Assembly: GCA_944332225.1 (NCBI GenBank)
Contig: CALVJO010000001.1
Coordinates: 46,566-110,565, forward strand
Reading direction: 5' to 3'
Source: an uncultured Bacilli bacterium
GTDB lineage: Bacteria; Bacillota_I; Bacilli_A; RFN20; CAG-449
DNA length: 64,000 nucleotides
Within the stretch, counting starts at the first letter, position 1. Every line of letters starts with the position of its first letter. The notes under the pieces are model-generated. The model was not told the DNA's origin. It searched no databases and was given only the letters and a program-made list of their open reading frames with translations. Positions 26,777 to 35,542 of this stretch are shown here, one piece after another. A program made the position numbers and the translations under genes.

Positions 26777-29335
26777 ATGGCTGAAAGAGATAATCAAGAC
26801 TTCAACGAAGAAGTAAAAGAAACAGAAGAAGTATCCGATAACGAACTTGAGGGTATTGAAGAAGGAATAGTTCCTTCTCTAAAAGATCGAGAATTAGTTC
26901 ATGAAGTAAAACAATCATTCTTAGACTATGCGATGAGCGTCATCGTAGCAAGAGCGATTCCTGATGTTAGAGATGGTTTAAAGCCGGTTCATAGAAGAAT
27001 TATCTTCGGTATGAATGAACAAGGCATGCAACCAGATAAACCTTATAAAAAATGCGCGCGTATCGTCGGTGATGTCATGGGAAAATATCACCCTCACGGA
27101 GACGCGGCTATCTATTCATCTTTAGTTAGATTAGCTCAACCATTCTCAATTAGATACACCTTAGTTGATGGTCATGGTAACTTTGGTGACGTCGACGGTG
27201 AAGAAGCTGCCGCGATGCGTTACACCGAAGCGAGAATGACTAAAATCTGTTTAGAGATGGTTAGAGATATCAAGAAAAATACTGTTGATTTTATCCCTAA
27301 CTATGATGGTGAAGAAGAAGAACCAGTCGTATTACCTTCTAGAATTCCTAACTTGTTAATTAATGGATCTAATGGTATCGCGGTTGGTATGGCTACCAAT
27401 ATTCCACCTCATAACATCACCGAAGTTATTAACGCATTGATAGCTTTAAGTGAAAATGAGGATTTAACTCCTTTAGAGATAATGAGTAATTATCTTTATG
27501 GACCTGATTTCCCTACCGGGGCGATTATTTTAGGTCGTTCAGGAATCAAAAAAGCATATGAGACAGGTCAAGGAACTATAATCATTAGATCTAGATGTCA
27601 AATTGAAGAGCATCCTAATGGTAAGAAAGATATCATAGTCACTGAGATTCCTTATCAAGTTAATAAAAGAACGATGATTGAAGGAATCGCAAAACTAGTT
27701 CATAACAAAGTGATTGATGGAATTACTGATTTAAGAGATGAATCTAATAAAGAAGGCGTCAGAGTGGTAATTGAATTAAGAAAAGACGCGATTCCTGAAG
27801 TTATTCTCAATCAGTTATATAAAAACTCTCAATTACAAGTATCTTATGGAATTATCATGCTATGTTTAGTTAATGGCGAGCCAAAAATCTTACCAATCAA
27901 TAAGATGCTTAGCTATTATCTAGATTTCCAATGCGAAGTTATTAAAAGAAGAACAGAGTATGATTTAACTAGATGCAAAAATCAACTTCACATCTTAGAA
28001 GGTTTAGTGATCGCGATTAATAATATCGATGAAGTTGTTCAAATAATCCGTCATTCTTCAACTTCTGAGGAAGCGAAGAATCAATTAATTGAAAGATTTA
28101 ATTTATCTGAGATTCAAGCTAAAGCAATTTTAGATATGCGTCTCGTCCGTTTAGTTGGTCTTGAACTTAACAACATTAAAGAAAATATTGCTTCATTAAA
28201 TGCAGAGATTGCTCGATTAGAGAATATTCTTTCTTCACATCATAATATCTTAGAAGTCGTAGTTAACGAATTAAAAGAAATTAAAGAGAAATATGGAGAT
28301 GAGAGAATCACAGAAATATCTAATGACATCTCGATGATTGATGATGAAGATTTGATTCCAAGGGAAGATGTAGTTATCTCTATGACTGAATCTGGATATA
28401 TTAAGAGAATGTCTCTTGATACATTTAAGGTTCAAAATAGAGGTGGAGTCGGAGTCTCTGGAGGTAAGATGAATAAAGATGATGTCACATCGATAATCAC
28501 TTATTCTAAGACTCATACTGATTTATTGTTCTTCTCATCTTTAGGAAAGGTTTATCGAATCAGAGGTTATAAAGTTCCTGAATATTCTAGAACTTCTAAA
28601 GGATTGCCGGTTCAAAACTTACTTCCTATAGAAGGTGAAGAAAAGATTCTTTCTATCATTTCAATCGATGATTATGAAGAAGGTAAATATTTATTCTTTG
28701 CAACTAAGCAAGGTGTAGTTAAGAAGACTCCAGTTAAAGAATTCGCCTCAATTAGACAAAATGGTAAGAAAGCTATTTTGATGAGAGAAGACGATGAATT
28801 AATCGGCGTTAAATTAACTAATGGAGATGATTTAATCCTCCTCTCTAGCGACAATGCGAAGATGGTAGTATTCAAAGAGAACAATGTTAGATCGATGTCT
28901 AGAAACTCAACAGGAGTCAAAGGTATGGATTTAGGTGAAAATGATCATGTCATATCATTATCAACCTCTAATGAAGGAAAATACATTCTCTCTATTTCTG
29001 AAAACGGATATGGAAAGATGTCTCTTAGAGAATCTTATAGAATAACTTCTCGGGGATCTAAAGGTGTCATCACGATGAATGTTACTGAAAAAACCGGAAG
29101 ATTAGTTCAAACAAAAGCTGTTAACGGAGATGAGGATATCTTAGTTATCACAGAGCAAGGCGTGGTTATCAGAACTTCCTTAAAGCAAGTTGCTATCTCA
29201 GGAAGAAACGCTCAAGGGGTAAAGATTATTAGAATCAAAGACAGCGAGGATAAAGTAAAGTCAATCGCGGTTTGTGATCCTTCTGATAAAGAAGAAATAG
29301 AAAATGTTAATGAAGGGGAGCAAGAAAATGCTTGA
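26777..29335 (+). CDS. gyrA: DNA gyrase subunit A
   Basis: It carries AMSVIVARAIPDVRDGLKPVHRR, the active-site Tyr region AAAMRYTEA and C-terminal beta-pinwheel repeats. 852 aa. Confidence 0.97.
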   Translation: MAERDNQDFNEEVKETEEVSDNELEGIEEGIVPSLKDRELVHEVKQSFLDYAMSVIVARAIPDVRDGLKPVHRRIIFGMNEQGMQPDKPYKKCARIVGDVMGKYHPHGDAAIYSSLVRLAQPFSIRYTLVDGHGNFGDVDGEEAAAMRYTEARMTKICLEMVRDIKKNTVDFIPNYDGEEEEPVVLPSRIPNLLINGSNGIAVGMATNIPPHNITEVINALIALSENEDLTPLEIMSNYLYGPDFPTGAIILGRSGIKKAYETGQGTIIIRSRCQIEEHPNGKKDIIVTEIPYQVNKRTMIEGIAKLVHNKVIDGITDLRDESNKEGVRVVIELRKDAIPEVILNQLYKNSQLQVSYGIIMLCLVNGEPKILPINKMLSYYLDFQCEVIKRRTEYDLTRCKNQLHILEGLVIAINNIDEVVQIIRHSSTSEEAKNQLIERFNLSEIQAKAILDMRLVRLVGLELNNIKENIASLNAEIARLENILSSHHNILEVVVNELKEIKEKYGDERITEISNDISMIDDEDLIPREDVVISMTESGYIKRMSLDTFKVQNRGGVGVSGGKMNKDDVTSIITYSKTHTDLLFFSSLGKVYRIRGYKVPEYSRTSKGLPVQNLLPIEGEEKILSIISIDDYEEGKYLFFATKQGVVKKTPVKEFASIRQNGKKAILMREDDELIGVKLTNGDDLILLSSDNAKMVVFKENNVRSMSRNSTGVKGMDLGENDHVISLSTSNEGKYILSISENGYGKMSLRESYRITSRGSKGVITMNVTEKTGRLVQTKAVNGDEDILVITEQGVVIRTSLKQVAISGRNAQGVKIIRIKDSEDKVKSIAVCDPSDKEEIENVNEGEQENA

Positions 29336-30617
29336 TATTAAATTTGTAAGAGAAAACCCAGATTTGGTAAAAGAAAATATTAAAAAGAAATTTGAAGATC
29401 ATAAGCTTCATTTAGTTGATGAAGTTATCGATCTTGATAAGAAGATTCGTGAAAAGATTCAATTAGGCTCAGAATTACGTGCGAAACGTAACTCTCTTTC
29501 TCAAGAAATTGGAAAATTGATGAGAGAAAAGAATATTGCCAAAGCAAATGAGAATAAAGCTCAAGTTGTAGAGATTAATAAGCAGCTTGAGGATATTGAA
29601 AAGGATGAAGAATCTTTAAATCAAGAATTAACTAAAAGGATGTTGGTGATTCCAAATATCATCGATCCATCGGTACCTATTGGAAAAGATGATTCTGAAA
29701 ATGTGGAAAGAGAAAAGTTTGGAGTTATTGAAGAGAAAAACTTTGAAATACCATATCATCTAGACATCTTAGAGTCTCTTGATGGAATAGATTTAGATTC
29801 CGCGCGTAAAGTCGCAGGAAATGGCTTCTATTATTTAACAGGCGATATCGCTAGATTACATTCCGCGGTTTTAACTTACGCGAGAGATTTCATGATAGAT
29901 AAAGGATTCACTTATGTAATTCCTCCTTACATGATTCATTCTAATGTCGTTACAGGAGTTATGTCTTTTGATGAGATGGATCAGATGATGTATAAAATTG
30001 AAGGCGAAGATTTATATTTAATCGGTACTTCTGAGCATTCAATGATTGGTAGATTTATAGATACCATCATAGATAAATCTAAATTACCTTTAACTTTAAC
30101 TTCATACTCTCCTTGTTTTAGAAAAGAAAAAGGCGCGCATGGAATTGAAGAAAGAGGAATTTATAGAATCCATCAATTTGAAAAGCAAGAGATGATCGTA
30201 GTATGCGAACCTGAAGATAGCATGAAATGGTTTGATAAGCTTTGGTCATATACCGTTGAATTATTTATCTCTATGGGAATCCCTGTTAGAACTTTAGAAT
30301 GCTGCTCAGGCGACCTCGCGGATTTAAAAGTTAAATCTGTCGATGTTGAAGCTTGGTCTCCTCGACAAAAGAAATATTTTGAAGTAGGTTCTTGCTCTAA
30401 TTTAGGTGACGCGCAGGCGAGAAGATTAAAAATTAGAATTAAAGGTGAAAAAGGAAATTACTTTGCTCACACCTTAAATAATACAGTTGTCGCTCCACCT
30501 AGAATGTTGATTGCTTTCTTAGAGAATCATCTTAATGAAGATGGTTCAGTAACGATACCTGAAGTTTTAAGAAAGTATATGGGTAATAAAGATAGAATCT
30601 TGCCTAAGAAAAAATAA
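29329..30617 (+). CDS. serS: serine--tRNA ligase
   Basis: MLDIKFVRENPDLVKENIKKK is the canonical SerS N-terminus, followed by class II aaRS motifs. The ATG at 29329 with RBS AGGGGAG is preferred over the in-frame upstream ATG at 29304. It overlaps the gyrA end by 7 nt. Confidence 0.95.
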
Positions 30618-30631
30618 TTAAATTAGATAAT

Positions 30632-30667
30632 TAAAAAAAAGATCTCTTTGATGGGATCTTTTTTTGA
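30632..30667 (+). terminator. rho-independent terminator after serS
   Basis: aaaaaaaAGATCtctttgatggGATCTtttttt: the stem is extended by A/T runs and followed by a T7 run. Confidence 0.6.
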
Positions 30668-30687
30668 TGATGAAAGCGAATCAAAAA

Positions 30688-30737
30688 AAGCTTAACACCT
30701 CAAAAAAGAGGTTGAGCCTAAAAATGAGGTGTTAAAC
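30688..30737. repeat. 11-bp perfect inverted repeat with a 26-nt spacer (large stem-loop) in the serS-nrdD intergenic region
   Basis: TTAACACCTCA aaaaagaggttgagcctaaaaa TGAGGTGTTAA. No U-run follows on either strand. Confidence 0.4.
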
Positions 30738-31033
30738 ATGTCTAAATAAGACAAAAATCACTTATTTATATGAACAAAAAACATAATAAAATGATTAGAA
30801 AAATTTATTCATCTTTAAAGTGATAAAATAGGATAAAAAAGACTTAGTAATTAATTAGTATTAAAATTTAATATTACTATGTAATATTAAAACTTTAAAA
30901 ATTATTATTTTAACCGTTTCGGTTTTTATCTTTTTTAACGTGTGTTAACATATTTTTACCTTAAAGGGAAAGATATAAAAAACATGTCTTTTAGTGACTG
31001 TGCTTTTATGTCCAAAAAAAGGAAGGGGTTCTT

Positions 31034-33190
31034 ATGAAAATTATTAAACGCAGCGGAACAGAAGTTAAATTCGATATTAATAAAATCGTTAAAGCAATCG
31101 AAGGAGCGAACAACGAAGTTTCTTTAGATAAGCAATTAACTCAAGAGCAAATTTTAGAATGCGCGAGAAACGTTGAAAATATTTGTCATGAAAAAGGACG
31201 TATTTTAAACGTCGAAGAAGTCCAAGATCTTGTCGAAAATCAAATAATGGATAAGAAAGCTCATGAAGTAGCTAGAAAATATATCACTTATCGTTATCAA
31301 AGAGCCTTAGCAAGAAAAGCTAACACAACCGATCAGCAAATATTAACGCTTCTTGAATGTAACAACCAAGATGTAAAAGAAGAGAACTCTAATAAAAACC
31401 CAACAGTCAACTCCGTTCAAAGAGACTATATGGCCGGCGAGGTATCTAAAGATATCACTAAAAGAATTTTACTCCCTAAAGATATAGTAGAAGCTCACGA
31501 GCAAGGAATAATCCATTTCCATGACGCGGATTATTTTGCTCAGCACATGCATAACTGTGATTTAGTTAACTTAGAAGATATGTTACAAAATGGCACGGTT
31601 ATCTCAGGAACCATGATTGAGAAACCAAAATCATTCTCAACAGCTTGTAACATAGCAACTCAAATAATCGCTCAAGTAGCCTCGAATCAATATGGAGGAC
31701 AATCTATATCTATCACTCATCTTGCTCCGTTTGTTCAAATTTCTAGAGAGAAAATTAGAGCAAACGTCTTAGAGGAATTTGAAGGTGTAGAAGTATCTCA
31801 AGAGCATATTGAAAAAGTTGTAGCTAAGAGACTAAAAGAAGAGATTAAAAAAGGTGTTCAAACCATTCAATATCAGATAGTTACTTTATTAACTACGAAT
31901 GGACAAGCTCCGTTTGTAACTATATTCATGTATTTAAATGAAGCTAGAAGTGAGCAAGAAAAGCAAGATATAGCCTTAATTACCGAAGAGATTTTAAAGC
32001 AAAGAATCGAAGGTGTTAAAAACGAAAAAGGAGTTTGGATTACTCCAGCCTTCCCTAAACTTATCTATGTTCTTGAACCAGATAATATTAAAGAAGGAAC
32101 CCCTTATTTCTATTTAACTGAGCTTTCCGCGAAATGCACGGCTAAGAGAATGGTTCCAGATTATATCTCAGAAAAAATTATGTTAGAGCTCAAGCAAGGT
32201 AATTGCTACACCTGCATGGGATGCCGTTCCTTCTTAACTCCTTATAAAAACGAAAAAGGTGAATATCAATTCTACGGAAGATTTAATCAAGGCGTGGTCA
32301 CGATTAACTTAGTTGATGTTGCTTTATCATCTAAAGGTGATGTTGAATCATTCTGGAAGATTTTTGATGAAAGATTAGATCTTTGCTATCGTGCCTTGAT
32401 GTGCCGTCATAATCGATTAAAAGGAACTAAATCAGATGTCGCACCTATCTTATGGCAATATGGAGCCTTAGCTAGATTAGAAAAAGGTGAGACTATCGAT
32501 AAACTTTTATATAACGGATATTCAACTATTTCTCTTGGATACGCAGGATTGTATGAATGTGTGAAATATATGACTGGTAAGTCTCATACCGATCCTGAGG
32601 CTACTCCGTTTGCTTTAGAAGTTATGCAGCACATGAACGATGCCTGCGCGAAATGGAAGGCAAAAGAGCATATTGATTTCTCGTTATATGGCACGCCATT
32701 AGAGTCAACTACTTACAAGTTTTCAAAGTGCCTTCAAAAGAGATTTGGAATCATTAAAGGTATCACCGATAAAAACTATATAACGAATTCTTATCATATC
32801 GTGGTAAGCGAGAATATTGATGCCTTTAAGAAGCTTGAATTTGAAGCTCAATTCCAAAGATTATCTCCAGGAGGAGCAATCTCTTATGTTGAAGTTCCAA
32901 ATATGATGAATAATATTCCAGCGGTTATCAAAGTTATTCAATATATCTACGAACATATCATGTACGCGGAGTTGAACACTAAATCTGATTACTGCCAAGT
33001 ATGCGGATACGATGGGGAAATCCAAATCAAAGAAGATAAAGATGGAAAACTTTATTGGGAATGCCCTCAATGCGGAAATAGAGATCAATCTAAGATGAAT
33101 GTAGCAAGAAGAACCTGCGGCTATATTGGATCTCAATTCTGGAATCAAGGAAGAACTCAAGAGATTAGAGATAGAGTCTTACATTTATAA
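31034..33190 (+). CDS. nrdD: anaerobic ribonucleoside-triphosphate reductase (class III)
   Basis: It has an N-terminal ATP-cone (MKIIKRSGTEVKFDINKI), a C-terminal Zn-ribbon (CQVCGYDGE...CPQCGN) and the glycine-radical motif RTCGYIGS. 718 aa. Confidence 0.95.
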   Translation: MKIIKRSGTEVKFDINKIVKAIEGANNEVSLDKQLTQEQILECARNVENICHEKGRILNVEEVQDLVENQIMDKKAHEVARKYITYRYQRALARKANTTDQQILTLLECNNQDVKEENSNKNPTVNSVQRDYMAGEVSKDITKRILLPKDIVEAHEQGIIHFHDADYFAQHMHNCDLVNLEDMLQNGTVISGTMIEKPKSFSTACNIATQIIAQVASNQYGGQSISITHLAPFVQISREKIRANVLEEFEGVEVSQEHIEKVVAKRLKEEIKKGVQTIQYQIVTLLTTNGQAPFVTIFMYLNEARSEQEKQDIALITEEILKQRIEGVKNEKGVWITPAFPKLIYVLEPDNIKEGTPYFYLTELSAKCTAKRMVPDYISEKIMLELKQGNCYTCMGCRSFLTPYKNEKGEYQFYGRFNQGVVTINLVDVALSSKGDVESFWKIFDERLDLCYRALMCRHNRLKGTKSDVAPILWQYGALARLEKGETIDKLLYNGYSTISLGYAGLYECVKYMTGKSHTDPEATPFALEVMQHMNDACAKWKAKEHIDFSLYGTPLESTTYKFSKCLQKRFGIIKGITDKNYITNSYHIVVSENIDAFKKLEFEAQFQRLSPGGAISYVEVPNMMNNIPAVIKVIQYIYEHIMYAELNTKSDYCQVCGYDGEIQIKEDKDGKLYWECPQCGNRDQSKMNVARRTCGYIGSQFWNQGRTQEIRDRVLHL

Positions 33191-33738
33191 TGCGTTACGG
33201 AAATATTAAAAATTGCGATATCGCAGATGGATTAGGAGTCAGAGTCTCTTTGTTTGTATCAGGCTGCAGAAATCACTGTAAAGGTTGCTTTAATGAAGAG
33301 ACTTGGGATTTTAACTTCGGGGATGAATTCACTAAAGATGTCGAAGATTATATTATTGATTTATTAAAACAAGAATATATCGATGGATTTACTGTTTTAG
33401 GTGGTGAGCCTTTTGAAGAGGAGAATCAAGAAACAGTTTATAATCTATTAAAAAGAATTAAGGAAACATATCCTAATAAGAATATATGGGCTTATACAGG
33501 ATATATATTAGATAAAGATTTATTGCCTGAAGAAGGAAGAAAGCATACAAAGTTTACCAAAGATATCATTAAATTAATTGATGTTTTGGTGGATGGTCCG
33601 TTCATCGAAGAAAAAAAGAATCTAACCTTAGAGTTTAGAGGATCGGAGAATCAACGAGTCATCGATGTTCAAGAATCTTTAAAGCAAGGAAAGATAGTCT
33701 TATATAAAATTAAACAAATGACTATTGAAAAAGCGTAG
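33190..33738 (+). CDS. nrdG: anaerobic ribonucleotide reductase activating protein (radical SAM)
   Basis: It has CDIADGLGVRVSLFVSGCRNHCKGCFN with CxxxCxxC and is translationally coupled to nrdD (TAATG). Confidence 0.9.
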   Translation: MRYGNIKNCDIADGLGVRVSLFVSGCRNHCKGCFNEETWDFNFGDEFTKDVEDYIIDLLKQEYIDGFTVLGGEPFEEENQETVYNLLKRIKETYPNKNIWAYTGYILDKDLLPEEGRKHTKFTKDIIKLIDVLVDGPFIEEKKNLTLEFRGSENQRVIDVQESLKQGKIVLYKIKQMTIEKA

Positions 33739-33848
33739 AATTTCTATGCTTTTTTCTTTTTTGAAGGGTAAATTCATAAAAAAGATTAAAGATTATGCTG
33801 TTTATAAATTTTAAGGTTGCATTAATAAAGTAAAAGATTAAAATATAA

Positions 33849-33863
33849 TTAGAATGATTCTAA
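33849..33863. promoter_or_regulatory. 7-1-7 inverted repeat resembling a Fur/PerR-family box, overlapping the start codon of the Fur-family gene
   Basis: TTAGAATgATTCTAA is a perfect palindrome. It is one mismatch per half-site from the PerR box consensus TTATAATnATTATAA. Confidence 0.4.
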
Positions 33864-34234
33864 AAAACAGCAAGAAAAGAAACCAAATCTATCAGCTAAT
33901 CGCGACAAGCGATGAACATCTCTCGGCTTATGATGTTTTAAGAATTTGCAAAGAGAGAGGATACGACCTCTCTTTAGCAACAATTTATAATAATTTAAAT
34001 TGTCTTAGTGATGAAAATGTCATAAAGAGAGTTAAGGTTCCTGGATATGAAGATCATTTTGATCGAACTTTAGATGATCATGATCATTTCTTTTGTACAT
34101 GTTGCCATTGCTTAATCGATATTGATTTAGATCAGCAATTTAATCCTTATATCGATAAGTATGGTAATAAGTTTGAACGAAGAGAAACAACATATTTTGG
34201 TTTATGTTCTTCTTGTCTCAAGAAGAATCATTAA
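33854..34234 (+). CDS. perR: Fur-family transcriptional regulator (probably the peroxide regulator PerR)
   Basis: It has an N-terminal wHTH (RNQIYQLIATSDEHLSAYDV) and the HDHFFCTCCHCLID metal site typical of the Fur family. The assignment to PerR rests on the adjacent rubrerythrin gene. Confidence 0.75.
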   Translation: MILKNSKKRNQIYQLIATSDEHLSAYDVLRICKERGYDLSLATIYNNLNCLSDENVIKRVKVPGYEDHFDRTLDDHDHFFCTCCHCLIDIDLDQQFNPYIDKYGNKFERRETTYFGLCSSCLKKNH

Positions 34235-34264
34235 TAAACATAAACAGGGAGGAATTTATAGTTT

Positions 34265-34915
34265 ATGAAAACCTACAAGTGCAAAGTCTGTGGAAAAGTA
34301 TTCCAAAGTGACGAGAAAGATCCAGTTTGCCCAGTCTGCCATCAAAAAGGAGACGCTTTAGAGGAAGTTAAAGCTCCTACATTAAAAGGCACTCAAACTG
34401 AAAAGAATCTCCAAACTGCCTTCGCTGGAGAATCTCAAGCTAGAAACAAATATACTTATTTTGCTTCAGTAGCTAAAAAAGAAGGATATGAACAAATTGC
34501 TGCTTTATTCTTAGAAACTGCTGATAACGAAAAAGAGCATGCTAAATTATGGTTCAAAGCTTTAGGTGAATTAGGTGGAACTGCTGAAAACTTAAAAGCT
34601 GCCGCGGAAGGCGAAAACTATGAATGGACAGAAATGTACAAAGAGTTCGCGGAGACTGCCGATAAGGAAGGATTCCATGAATTAGCAGAGCAATTCAGAG
34701 GTGTTGCCGCGATTGAAAAACACCATGAAGAGAGATATTTAGCATTATTAAAGAATGTTGAATCTCTTGAAGTTTTCACAAAGAAAACTGGTATTCATAC
34801 TTGGAAATGCCGTAACTGCGGCTGCTTAGTTGTATCTACTGAAGCTCCAAAGATTTGCCCAGTTTGCTTACACCCTCAAGCTTACTTTGAATTAGCTGAC
34901 TGCGAAAATTATTAA
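34265..34915 (+). CDS. rbr: rubrerythrin-family diiron peroxidase with rubredoxin-like Cys4 motifs at both the N- and C-terminus
   Basis: N-terminal CKVCGK...CPVCHQ, ferritin-like diiron E...ExxH motifs ([16 protein letters not shown]), and C-terminal CRNCGC...CPVCLHP. RBS GGGAGGA is present. Confidence 0.85.
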   Translation: MKTYKCKVCGKVFQSDEKDPVCPVCHQKGDALEEVKAPTLKGTQTEKNLQTAFAGESQARNKYTYFASVAKKEGYEQIAALFLETADNEKEHAKLWFKALGELGGTAENLKAAAEGENYEWTEMYKEFAETADKEGFHELAEQFRGVAAIEKHHEERYLALLKNVESLEVFTKKTGIHTWKCRNCGCLVVSTEAPKICPVCLHPQAYFELADCENY

Positions 34916-34936
34916 TAATTTTAAAAAATAATCATT

Positions 34937-34964
34937 AAAGATGGATGAAAGTCCATCTTTTTTG
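34937..34964 (+). terminator. rho-independent terminator after rbr
   Basis: AAAGATGGAtgaaagtCCATCTTTttttg. Confidence 0.6.
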
Positions 34965-35008
34965 CTTTGTCTAGGAAATTATATTTGAAGACGAAAGTGA
35001 CAAAAAAA
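34959..35008 (-). repeat. Copy B of the 50-bp intergenic repeat (inverted relative to copy A at 17524-17573)
   Basis: The reverse complement of 34959-35008 is tttttttgtcactttcgtcttcaaataTaatttcctagacaaaGcaaaaa, matching 17524-17573 with 2 mismatches. Confidence 0.7.
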
Positions 35009-35127
35009 GCTAAAAATTTGACCAAAAATTTTAAAAAAATGATTTTTTGATAAAAAAAGTGATGAATAAGCATAAAAAAATTAAATTACCCCCTTGTCAA
35101 AATTAAAATCTATGCTAGTATGAGGGC

Positions 35128-35326
35128 ACAAAGAAACTTATATCACCACATTAAATCTTCAAACACTGGTTTATCGTCTCGTGACGAAAGAGTTAAGACT
35201 AGAGATCTTAACAAAAAGATTTAAAAACAAAATGTGTTATAAAATATTAGAAGATGAGATGTGATGTCGATGCTCCTAGCGTGGGTAAAAAGAGTAAAGT
35301 AAGAGAGCTAGGAGCTTTTATTTTGC
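35128..35326 (+). ncRNA. candidate small structured RNA (about 200 nt) with its own promoter and terminator; function unknown
   Basis: Putative promoter TTGTCA (35094-35099), 16-nt spacer, TAGTAT (35116-35121). Internal hairpin GTTAAGActagagaTCTTAAC. Terminator GCTCCTAGC, 26-nt loop, GCTAGGAGC then TTTTATTTT (35272-35326). The neighbouring gene is on the opposite strand. Confidence 0.25.
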
Positions 35327-35542
35327 TTATTTAATAAAAAAGCACCGTCACCGATGCTATTTTCTTGAGTTAAAATTGTTTTCTTACGAATCAAGTTAAC
35401 TCAATTCCCCCTTTTTATAGGTAAATTTTAAAATTTGATTACAAAACTATCAAGAAAATTTACAAAAATTAAATAATTTTAAGCTAAAAAAGGTTATCAC
35501 TTAGAAAGCGATAACCTGATATTTAATGATTGATTAAATAAA

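Noticed and set aside
29304-29328. Longer serS ORF starting at the upstream ATG (29304), as in the ORF track
   Set aside because: MLDIKFVREN is the conserved SerS N-terminus and has an AGGGGAG RBS at proper spacing. The upstream extension lies within the gyrA coding frame overlap and has no RBS.
30740-31033. Canonical NrdR box upstream of nrdD
   Set aside because: The palindromes present (AATATTACTATGTAATATT, TGTTAACA) do not fit the 16-bp ACACnAtATATnGTGT consensus or its usual tandem arrangement. They are reported only as unexplained palindromes.
35120-35224. 34-codon ORF (MRAQRNLYHHIKSSNTGLSSRDERVKTRDLNKKI) inside the candidate sRNA locus
   Set aside because: Its ATG overlaps the predicted -10 element, so it would lie upstream of the TSS. 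It has no SD. The RNA is more likely non-coding, though ribosome profiling could overturn this.
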